From the human T2T-CHM13v2.0 reference genome, Homo sapiens, in the NCBI RefSeq assembly GCF_009914755.1, contig NC_060934.1: DNA of 64,000 nucleotides, one strand, 5' to 3'. Under the pieces are notes generated by a model. It made no database searches and was not told the DNA's origin. It saw nothing but the letters and a program-made list of their open reading frames with translations. The translations under genes and the position numbers were made by a program. Below, piece after piece: positions 30,462 through 45,475 of the stretch. Every line of letters begins with the position of its first letter. Within the stretch, counting starts at the first letter, position 1.

Positions 30462-33400
30462 TAGATTGCAAATATTTTCTCCCATTCTGTGGGTTGTTGA
30501 TTGTCTTCACTTTGTTGACTGTTTACTTTACTGTACAGAAGATGTTTAGCTTGACATAATCCTAGTTGTCTATTTTTTGCTTTTGTTGCCTGTGCTTTTG
30601 AGATCTTACGCAAAAATATCTATACCCAGACCAATATACGGGAGTATTTCCCCAATGTTTTCTTTTAGTGGTTTTATAATTTCAGGTCTTAGATTTAAGT
30701 CTTTAATCCATTTTTATTTGTTTTTTTCTATATGCTAAGAGGCAGAGGCCTTGTTTCATTCTTCCGCATATGGTTATCCAATTTTCCCAGCACCATTTAT
30801 TGAAGAGATTTCCCTTTCCCTAGTATATGTTCTTACCATCTCTGTCAAAGATGAATTGGCTGTAAATGTGTGGACTTACATCTGGGTTCTCTATATGGTT
30901 GCATTGGTCTTTGTGTCTGTTTTTATGCCAGTATCATGCTGATTTGATTACTATTTCTTTGCAATATATTTTGAAGTGAGTTAGTGTGATGCCTCCAGCT
31001 TTGTTCTTTTAGCTCAGGATTATTTTGGCCATTCAGGGTCTTTTGTGGTTCCATGTAAATTTTAGGGTATTTTTTCTACTTCTATGAAGAATGTCATTGG
31101 TATTTTACTATTCAATTACACTGAATCTTGTAAATTGCTTTGGGTAGTATTGCCATTTTAACAATATTGATTCTTCCAGTCCATAAGCATAGAATATCTT
31201 TTCCATTTGTTCGTGTCTTCTTCAATTTCTTTAATGAGTGTTTATAGTTTTCTGTGTATATATCTTTCCCTTTTCTGAGTAGAACATCACGACATCTGTG
31301 AACAAGGTTAATTTGATTTATTCCTTTCCAGTTTAGATGTTGTTTATTTCTTTCTCTTGCCTAATGGTCCTGGTCAGGAATTCAACTTTTATGTTAAATA
31401 ATAGTGGTGAAAGTGGGAATCCTTTTAATATTCCAGATTCTAAGAACTGGGAAAAAAAAAAAGGGTTTCAGTTTTTCCCCATTCAGTACCATGTTTCTTG
31501 TTATATATGGTCTTAATTATTTTGAGGTATGTTCCTTCTATAGCCAGTTTGCTAAGTCTTTTTATCATGGACTGATGTTGGATTTTACTGAATGCTGTTT
31601 CAGCATCTATTGAAATGATCGTATGGTTTTTGTTTTTGGTTCTGTTAATGTGATGTACCACATTTATTGATTTGCATATGTTGAACCATCTTTGTGTCCT
31701 TGGGATGAATCTCACTTGATTATGGTGAATGACTTTTTAAATGTGTTGTTGAATTCAGTTTGCTAGCATTTTGTTAAGGATTTTTGCATTTATGTTCATC
31801 AGTGATATTGGTCTGTAGTTTTTTTGTTGTTGTGTTCTGTCTGGTTTTGTGTTAGGGTACATTTGGATTCATAGAATGAGATTGGAAGTATTTTCTGCTC
31901 TTCATTTTTTTTTTTTGAAGTGTTTGGCTAGAATTGATATTAGCTTCTTAAATATGTGGTAGAATTCAGCAGCGAAGTCAACAGGTCCTGGGCTTTTCTT
32001 TGATGGGAGACTTTTTATTATGGTTGCAATCTCTTTACTCATTGTTGGTTTGTTGATATTTTCTATTTCTTCATGGCTTAAACTTGGTAGGTTGCATATG
32101 TCCAATAATTTATCTATTTCTTCTGAATTTTTAAATTTGTTGGTGTAAAGTTGCACATAATAGACTCTAATGATTCTTTGTATTTATATAATCATAGTTG
32201 TTGTCTCTCCTTTTTTATTTTTGATTTTATTCATTTAGATCTTCTTCTTTGTCTAGCTAAGATGTGCAGATTTTATCTTTTCTAAAAAACAACTTTTCTT
32301 TTGGTTGATTTTCTGTACTTATTTTTAGTCTCAATTTCATATATTTCTGCATTGATTTTTATTATTTCCTTCTGCTAATTTGGGGTTTGGTTTGTTCTTA
32401 TTTTTCTAGTTTCTTGAAAACCACGTTTCAAGAAACTCTTACGTTGTTTACTTAAGAACTCTACTTTTTTGATATAATCATTAGTATGTGCTTCTTAGCA
32501 TTTAACAGTATCTCTTAATACTGCTTTGGTTGTAACCCCAAAATTTGGATATGTTGTATTTTCATTTTCATTTGTTTCAAGAAATTTTTAAATTTTCTTT
32601 TTAATTTCTTTATTGACCCATTGATTATTCAGGAGTACATGCATCAGTGTAGTTTCTGAGGTTCTTCCTCTTATTGATTTCTAGATTTATTCCAGAAAAG
32701 ATACTTGATATGACTGCTACTTTTTTGTATTTTTTGAAACTTCTTTTGTGGTCTAAGATATGGTCTATTCTGGAGAATGTTCCAGGTCTGTGCCTGGGCA
32801 TTGTAGAGTTAGGTATTGTAGTCTTCAAAGTCTGGGCTTGTTTGTGCCTATCCTCCTTGAGAAGGATTTCCAGGGACTTTTGAAGGGACCTGAGCTCCAA
32901 GTCCAATATCACTGGGTTTTTACAGACTCATAGAGGTATCACCTTGGTGATCTTGGATAAGATCTGGAATAATTCTCTTTACAAGGCAGAGACTCTTCTT
33001 TTCCCTTACTTTCTTCCAAACAGTCTCTCTCTCTCTCTCTCTGTGCTAAGCCACCTGGAACTGGGGGTGTGGTCGTGCAAGCACTCCTGTGGCCACAACT
33101 ACTGGGACTACACTGGGTCAGACCTGAAGCCAGTACAGCACTGGGTCTTGTTCATTGTAACCGCTACCTGGCTACTACCTATGTTCACTCAAGGCCCTAG
33201 GGCTCTACAACCAGCAGGTGGCAAAACCAGCCAGGTTTGTGTCCTTCGCTTCAGGGCAGCAAGTTCTTTCAGGCTCCAGGTGGGTCCAGAGATGCTGTCT
33301 GGGAGCCAGAGATCGGAGTGAAAAAATCTTGGAAATGTGCTTAATGTTCTAGTCTACTGTGCCTCAGCTGGCACCCAAACCACAACATGAAGTCCTTCCT

Positions 33401-34749
33401 GCTCTTCCCTCTCCTGTGCACAGGCAGACGATCCTCTCTCTCCCTGTGGGTCCCATCACCACTGGCCCATGGTGGGTTTCTGCTAGTCTACTGCAGATTT
33501 TCACTTAAAGCCCAAGGGCTCTTCAGTCAGCTTGGTTGAATTCTGCCAGGCCTGGAACTCACCCTTCAGGGCAGTGGGCTCCCCTCTGGTCCATGGCAGG
33601 TCCAGAAATGCTGACCCAGAGGCTAGGCCTGGAATCGGGGACCCAAGAGCCTGCTTGTTGCTCTACCCTGTTCTGGATGTGCTAGAACCAAAGGTGCAAG
33701 ACAAAGTCCCCTTTACTTTCTTGTCTGCTTTTCTTAAACAGAAGGAGTCTTTTACTGTAGCCACCACAGCTAGGAATGTGCTGGGCCACACAGATAGTCA
33801 GCACATCTCAGAGCCCCAGGCCCACGGCATACCACCTGAACATCACTGCTGGTTATTCAGGGCCCAAGGGCTCTTTAGTCAGCAGGTGATAAATCCTGTC
33901 AGGACTGGTTTCCTCCTTCAAGGCAGTGGGTTCCCCTTCAGGCCAGGGTGTTTCTAGAAATGTCTGGGAGCTAGAGCCTGGAAAGGGGGCCTCATAACTT
34001 TGGCGCCCTATCCTACTGTGGCTGAGCTGATTTCCAAGATGCAAGAGAAAGTCCTCTTTATTCTTTGCTCTCCACCACTTACGCAGAAGGTAAGAGACAT
34101 TTTCCAGACCGCAAGCTGCACTCTCTGGGTTTGGGGGAGGCACGATGCAAGCACTTCTTTAGCTGCCCTGGCTTGTGTCTACCTAGCTCATGTGCCACCT
34201 TAGTCCTCTGGCTCTGAGGATCTGCAGTCTTTATGTGTTCTAGACTGCCTTTCAAGTTTACCTGGGACTTCAGAGCACTTTGGCCTGTGGTGCCGAGGCT
34301 TGCTGAGAAGCTATAGTTATAACTGATAGGATGGGTGATTCCCCTCTGGATAGGTCTGATCCAAATGCTCCCTGTCTGTACCGGCACTGACTGAGCCCAG
34401 CACAGCTTTGCTCTCTGCTGTGACAGGGCAGCACTGAATTCAATGTAATGTCCCCCAGTCACTGTGATCTCCCTCCTCCAAGTGCACAGATTCTCTCTGG
34501 CTGCTGGGAGGTGGGGGCAGAGACTGTGTTGTTCAGGGAAAGAGTGGCATCTGCTATCCAAGACTGTCTCTGACCCTCCTCAATGTATCTCTCAAGGAGA
34601 TGAAGTCAAAACCAGGTATTGTGATTGCTCATCTGATTTTTGCTTCTTGTGATGGTGCTTTCCTGTGTGCAGATATTTGTTAAAATTTGACATTCCTTCG
34701 TGGGTAAGAACACTGTAGGCTTCTATTCCACCATCTGGCTTCACTCTCA

Positions 34750-35950
34750 AGATGGTCTTTTGTATAATTAGGCTATACAAGTTAGATATCCCTATCGGAG
34801 AAAAGTGAATCTGAATTTCTACCTCATATCATGTATAAATATAATTGCCAGATGATTGGTTGTAGACCTGAATCAGAAAGACAAATGAAACCGTTAAAGG
34901 AAAGTAAAGGAGAAAAACTTCATTACCTTGGAGTTGACTAGATTTTCTTGTAGAGTGACAAGCAAAGCACTACATTAAGAAATGAAAGAAGTAATACATT
35001 TTGCTATATTAAAATTCAGAACTTTGGCTAATTAAAACACATATTGGAGATGGAAATGCAAGGAGTAAGAAGATATTTGTGGTACATTGGACAGAGTAAT
35101 CATGTTTATTGTTAACCCCTAAAATTCAATAATAAAAATGGAGAAATATTTCAGTAGAAAAGTGGACACAAAAGATGTTTACACACTTGACAAAATAGGA
35201 TATTCAAATGGCCAGTGAAATTGAAAAGTGCTCAACTTCATTTATCATGGAGAAATCCAAATTAAAATTATAAGATAGCATTACAAAACCATTAGAAACA
35301 GTAAATTATTAAAGATGGGAAATATAAAGTTCTAATCAGAATATTAAAACTCTCATATTATAATAGTGAGAGAAAGGGTAATTTGGTACAACTATTTTGA
35401 AAATTGGCACTACTATTCAAGCTGGACATATTTACACCCTCTGAACTAACAAGACAACTCTTAGTTCTCTATCTAAGAGAAATATGTACAAACATTTTAA
35501 AAAGGACATTGACTAGAAGGTTTTTTAATAAGCAAAACTGGAAGCTATATAAATTCTAACCAACAGTAGAATGGATAAAAAAAATTGTGTTCTAGTCACA
35601 CAATGGAATACACTATGGCAATGAGAATATAAAATTCATGAATGATCTTACAATAGGGACAAATCGTATCTTACAAACACAATGTTGAGTGAAAGAAACC
35701 AGACACAAAAAGTAATAGAATTCCACTTGCATAAAGTACAAAGCAGGCACTACTAATGTATACTGTTAGAAGTCAGAGTGGTGCATTTCCTTGGGGGATA
35801 GTGACTAGAAAACAGCATGAGCAGAACTTCTGGGTATTACTAATGTTCTATATTTTGTCTGGATGGGTTTAGTTTATAAAAATTCACTAAACTGTATATT
35901 TACGAATGGTGCTCTGTCCTTCAATCATATTATATATCAAAATTAAAAAA
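34750..35950 (+). mobile_element. L1ME-type ORF2 end and 3' UTR
   Basis: CAACAGTAGAATGGATAAA...ATGTTGAGTGAAAGAAACCAGACACAAAA...AGAAGTCAGAGTGG. Confidence 0.75.
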
Positions 35951-37419
35951 CACACATGCACAAACTATCATTTTGGGTTGAGCTGACCTCACAGTTGTGT
36001 ACTTCTCTGGCATAGGTACTCTGGATTCTTCCTACATTAAATCCAACAGATGCTCCCTTTCCCAGTACAACTAGCTGTCCTCTAAGGAGCTAGTGCCTGC
36101 TTTTCTGTACCACGGCTTTCAGTTTTCTTCTCTGCCTCTCGTGTACCTCATTTCCTAGTTCTGCAAATATTGAAAGAAGGTGCATTCTCTTTACTTCCTA
36201 TTATTTTGTTTCTTACCCACATATCACTCCATTCTCATCTTTTCTGTGTTGTTCATCTCTACCTGGAGATATAAGATTTTGCACATAGCAGGTATCCAGA
36301 CATAGCCCTAATGAAGCCATGATGTTTATAGCGAATCCCAGAGCCAAAAGAATTTTCCTATGGGCAGAGAACTAATTTATCCACCACAGGATCTTTCGGA
36401 CAGGACTTCTTTGAAGGTGCAGGATGGTAGATACTTGCAACACCTGGTTTTACATCCCACTTGTAGTCTGGTGGTTATCCTTCTCTTGAGTCAAAGTTCA
36501 CTTGAATTTGAGAGTGGGTGTGGTTCCAACTCACCCTCTCTACAGATCTTCTGAGTCCTTCTCAATGCCTCTTCTCTAATCTCTCTAGGATTCATTTGGT
36601 GACAGATGAAAAATGTTCAATACTCTTCCCCAGGAAGACATTTCCTCACATTGTGAAATATGCATTTAACTTGTGTTGCCTCTGGTAACACAATTCATCT
36701 TACCCAAACCATTATTAATAATACAATGTTTAACCCCCAAATGCTTTGGATGACACTGATGTGACTGAATGTTATTTAAAAGCATGCTTCTAAAATGCCA
36801 TCAATTATGCTTCCTTGGTTATTTTAATTTTCTTTTATTGCATCTTGGCAATGCATAATAAGCCTATATTGAAAAAACGAGACATTATACAGCATGAATT
36901 AATTAAACAATTTTAACAGATCCTGTGGCAGTGCTTTTAGAGCTAACAATGGCAAACTCAGATAAATTTTGAAAAAAAATTACCTGTTTTTTTCTCCCAA
37001 ACACAACAGAAATTATAAATATGTTGGAAATAATTTTTTCCCTTTTATTTTTTATGTATTTTTTTAAGTTCTTCTAAAAAGAGCAACTCTTGTTCTAGGC
37101 AAGAGAAAAGACAGGAACTGATTACCTTTTACTGGTGGATCAGGTTATTCTAGAACAGAGAAGCTGTTCAAGTGTCTGCTACACTAAGTGTCACTTATAC
37201 ATGTGATTTATTTCTTGGTTGATGTTCTTTTATTTTTTGGCAGGAGAAGAGAATAAGTGAATGGTGTTTTCAGTCCACTCTTGACTTCACATTGTGACAT
37301 ATGCATTTTATTTTTAAATCTGCATAGTCTTTCTTCAAATGTCATCTCGAGTTATGTATTATTTCCTGGAGTTTGTGAGTCTCCATCTAGCCTGATGTAG
37401 CAACAGATTGGGATGCATT

Positions 37420-37547
37420 TGCATAGTAGTGTAGTTACTTGCACTCTGGAATCAAACAACTATTTTAACTTTCAGTTTTGTTATTTACTAGCTGTGTGAC
37501 CTCAGGCAATTTACTTTGTTTTTCTGAACTTTAATTTCTTAATCTGC
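37420..37547 (+). mobile_element. MIR (interrupted by MLT2)
   Basis: TTTACTAGCTGTGTGACCTCAGGCAATTTACTT. Confidence 0.8.
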
Positions 37548-37911
37548 AGAAGAGCCAATGGTGTAACTCTCAGTCCAAGGTCAAAAGCCGCAGCATTTGG
37601 AGGGCTGTTGTGCAAGTCTTGAGGTCTGAAGGCTGAAGAATCTGGAGATCTGATGTCCAAAAGCAGAAGATGGGTGTCTCAGCTCCAGAAGAGACAGCAT
37701 GTATGAATTTACATTTCCTCTGCTTTTTTTGATCTTACCAGGCCCTCCACCAATTGGATGGTGCCTGCCCACATTGGGTGAGGGGAGATCGTCCTTAGTC
37801 TACTGATTTAAATGCCAGTCTGAACATCACAAACATACCCCAAAATAATGATTTACTAGATATCTCGGTATCCTTTAATCTAGTGAAGTTGACACTTGAA
37901 ATTAACCATCA
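37548..37911 (-). mobile_element. MLT2B-like HERVL LTR (partial)
   Basis: ATTGGATGGTGCCTGCCCACATTG...AAGTTGACACTTGAAATTAACCATCA. Confidence 0.85.
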
Positions 37912-38078
37912 GGACCATCCTAAGGCTATTTTTAAGTTAGTGTGTGACAATTACTTACTTATGACTGTCTCTTTCTTATTTATTCTTGTAATCCAGATGC
38001 CCAGAGGGCCTCATGGTCACCAAATATCCAGGTTAAACTAATTTAAAACAAATTGAAACTAATTTAAAAATTAATCTG

Positions 38079-38381
<303 letters not shown>

Positions 38382-38899
38382 TTAGTTCTACCACCACCAT
38401 CAGTTAGATAATATATGAGGCATTTTTCAAGATTTTAGCAAAGCGCCATGTGACTTCTGACTCAGCGTTACTTCTGATTCTGCATTCTGAATCACTACAT
38501 TGCTGCTTCTCTGTGTGTACCCTCTCCCTAACAATTATCAACTTGAATGAATCCCAGTGCTTTCTTGTAACCCTAGTAGATCTTTCAGAGGATTTTTAGA
38601 TTTCCTGAGGAGATCTGACAGGGACAGAGTTGACATTATGGCTTGCAAAGCATTCTGCTACCTTTTGGGCTGTGCTGTCCTCTGCTTATCAATTTGCTTT
38701 CTTTCCACTTTGTTATGGATTATTCCCAAGAATTCAAAATTTTTCTCTGCTTATAATGCAATTCATCTTCTTTCTGATTCTTGATACTTTGGCACCCACT
38801 ATTCCCTTCTATCCAACACAATGATCAAGATATTCCTTTACAAATAAAAGAGAGCTTTTTCCCTGAGAGAATTTCAAGCATCAGCTGTTATGATAATCC

Positions 38900-40480
38900 A
38901 ATTTTTCTTTTTGAAAACCTAAATCAGGAAAACTACAAAATACATCCCTATAGATTAAAATGTAAACTTGAAAAATGAAAAGGCACTGACTTTGTGTTGC
39001 TTAGCACTCTCAAAGTCATCAAAAGTTTAGTTCTCCCCAAGCAATTTATAAATTTTGAGTGATTCCAAAGGAAATACCAACAAAGGTTTTATGGAGCTGG
39101 AAAAGTTGGTTTTAAAATCTGTATGGAAAAATAAACACATAAAAATAGGGAAATACTGAAAAGGAAGAACTGTGAAAGGAATTAGCTCTATCAGACTCGA
39201 AAACATTACAAAGCTTCTGTATGAAAACTGCGTTACTCACAAATGAATAGGCAGGCAGTGAAATACAGTGAAATAGAACAGAAATTCAAGTAGACACAAC
39301 AACCTATGGAAATCTATGTAATAAATGTGGTATCTCTAATTAATAAATCAAAGATAGACTTTAAAGTGAATAATTACAAAACTATTGAAAAATTCACAGT
39401 ATTAGATCTAATCATCACACCATACACAAATACAAAAATTAACTATACAATTCTAATCCAATTCCTCTATAACCCGAAAATAAGGAAAAGCTCTGTAAGT
39501 ATGACTCAAAAATCTAGAGTTCCTAAAGTAAAGACTGATAAATTTGACTATAAATAATTAAAAGAAAAATAACTTTTTCATGGTACAAGCCTTATAAGCA
39601 AAAATTAAGAGAAAAAATTAGAAAAATACTTGTAACGTATGTCATAGACAAAGGTTGATATCCTTAACATAAAAATAACTTACAGAAATTGAGAAAGGTA
39701 CTAAACATTCCATGGAAAACTAGGCAATAGATGCAAAAAGTAAGCTGTAGATGTGAACAGAGAATTCACCAGGGAGATATTAAAATGGACCTTAAATTTA
39801 CGAGATATTCAAATGCAAATTAAAGCTAAATTAAGATACCATTTCTCACCCACCACATTGGCAACAATTTGAAAGTAAGTGCAGCTTGGGGAAGGAAATT
39901 TGGCACTATCTAACAAAACTATGTGTGAATTTGTGTTTTGTCCCAGAAATTACTCTTCTAGGAATTCACTCTGAAGATACACTCTCAACGATACAAAATC
40001 TGTATGCAAACATTTTAGCATTATTTTAATTGCCAAATATTGGATGCCTAAATATCTAGACAGAGAAGACAAGCTGAATAAACTATGTTGTATTTATGAG
40101 GCTTCAACAGAGAATAAAGAAAATACGAACTAAAATGATGTGATTTCCAGTATGAAGAAATCTGAACACAGGAAAGGATATATACTGTGTACGAAACTTG
40201 TGGAGAGAAGAATATCGCATCTCTTTACAAAGTGAAATAGAGGGAGGATAATGCGATAAACAATGAAGCTAATAGTTACAAGGACTTCAGGAAATGAGAA
40301 AAAATAGAGAAAGGACTTCAGGAAATAAGAAAAAATAGAGAAAGGAGTGACATTATATAATATAAAATGGATACATTTATACAAAGAGATATTGTAGTTA
40401 TCTATTTTGAGTTATGGAAATACAAAAAATTAAATCCACAAAGGAGAAAGAGCTAAAATTAAAATTATACACAAACCAGG
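38900..40480 (+). mobile_element. old L1M (MC/ME) ORF2-3' fragment
   Basis: GTTCTCCCCAAGCAATTTATAAATT...CAAATGCAAATTAAAG...GATACCATTTCTCACC. Confidence 0.7.
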
Positions 40481-40545
40481 ATATTTATGATTGTACCTCT
40501 GTCTATTCTGATATATTATAATTTGATACATATAAAGCTCACAAT

Positions 40546-42732
<2,187 letters not shown>

Positions 42733-42767
42733 GTCTACAGCTATACCACCCTGAATGCACCTGATCT
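42733..42767 (+). pseudogene. 5S rRNA pseudogene fragment (nt 1-35)
   Basis: GTCTACAGCTATACCACCCTGAATGCACCTGATCT vs 5S 5' end GTCTACGGCCATACCACCCTGAACGCGCCCGATCT: 30/35 identical, 4 of the 5 mismatches are CpG transitions. Confidence 0.88.
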
Positions 42768-42773
42768 ATTAGA

Positions 42774-42912
42774 TTTTTCTTTAACTTTTAAGTTCAGCAG
42801 TACATGTGCATGTTTGTTTTATAGGTAAACTTATGTCATGGGGTTTTTTTGTACAGATTATTTCATCACCCAGGTATTAAACCTAGTACCCATTAGTTGC
42901 TTTTTGCAATCC
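42774..42912 (-). mobile_element. short older L1PA (about PA11-15) 3' end
   Basis: TTTTAAGTTCAGCAGTACATGTGCA...GTACAGATTATTTCATCACCCAGGTATTAAACCTAGTACCCATTAG. Confidence 0.85.
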
Positions 42913-43519
42913 AAAGCTGAAACTGTATCAGTCTAGACTAAAAAGCACAGAGACAGCTCTGAAGGAAAAGGGACCTCTGAATATCCAGTCTTCTACAGCA
43001 AGGAACAAGGCCACTCAGCTGCAAACACAAGCCATGTTTCTTAGAAAAGGAAAAGTAACTTTGAGGGGGAAGAAAAGAACCCAGAGTCTGGATAAAAAGA
43101 CACAGGCGCCCATTGTGTGTGTGTCTGTACACCCATATTGGGAAGTGGGGGAAAAATAACTTTTCTGTGTTTTCTTCTGACATTTTGATTGTTTGTTTGC
43201 TTTGCCTTCTTCCTGGCACAGTCATATTCTTACCTAATATCAACGGAAATGATAGAAATAGCCATTGCTCTGTGTCACTAAAACACCGTACTATTTAATC
43301 CTTCAGCCTTAAAATTTTGCCAGTAATTATTCTTGAAAAAATCCAATGGATTCCATAAAATTATATCAAATTTCTATACATTTTCAACAACAAAACAGTA
43401 AATTTTTCTTTTAAAAGTTAGTTCAGAAATATGTTAATTCTGTAATTATGTGAATTAGAATATTGGAAATTTTTTTTTCTACTAAATTGAAAAATGTTTA
43501 AAAAAATTTTTTTTAAATC

Positions 43520-44160
43520 ATTAGGCCTTCCAGTCCATGGACATGAGATGTGTTTACATTTATTTATATCTTCTTTAGTAATGTTTTATAGTTTGTATTG
43601 TACAAAACGTTAACATCCTTGGTTAAGTTAATCCCTGTGTTATATTCCTTTTGCTGCTATTGTAAATGGAATTGCTTTTATAAATTCCTTTGCAGATTTA
43701 GTCTATAGACATACAAATAATTTTTTGTGTGCTGGCTTTGTATCCTGTTATTTTGTTGAATTCATGTATTAGTTCTAACAGTTTTGTTGGTGGAATATTT
43801 AAGGTTTTATATATATAAGATCATATCATCTGTAAACAGAGATAATTTTACTTCTTTCTTTCCAACAGGGATGTCCTTTATTTCTTTTTCTTTATGAATT
43901 GCTCTGGCTAGGATATTGAAAAAAGGTGGTGCAATCAGGCATCATTGCCTTGCACCTGATCTTAGAGAAAATGCTTTCAGTCTTCCACCATTGAGTTTAA
44001 TATCTGCTGTGGTTTTTATATATGACTTTTATTATTTTGAGGTAATTTCCTCCTATTCCTGGTTTGCTGAAGGTTTTTGTGATAAACATGTATTAAATTT
44101 TATCAAATGCTTTTTCTGTATCAATTAGATAATCATGTTTTATTTCTCTTCGATTTTTTA
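43520..44160 (-). mobile_element. L1MB-type ORF2 fragment
   Basis: TATAAGATCATATCATCTGTAAACAGAGATAA (reverse of the RT F-x-D-D-M-I-L region). Confidence 0.8.
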
Positions 44161-44164
44161 ATAT

Positions 44165-45475
<1,311 letters not shown>

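Noticed and set aside
32944-34780. Cluster of longer ORFs (125-160 aa) in GC-richer DNA
   Set aside because: Lies in the L1MA 5' UTR, where higher GC explains the scarcity of stops; not a gene or CpG island
43498-43517. TTT-A7-T8-AAA palindrome
   Set aside because: Low-complexity A/T runs with trivial self-complementarity
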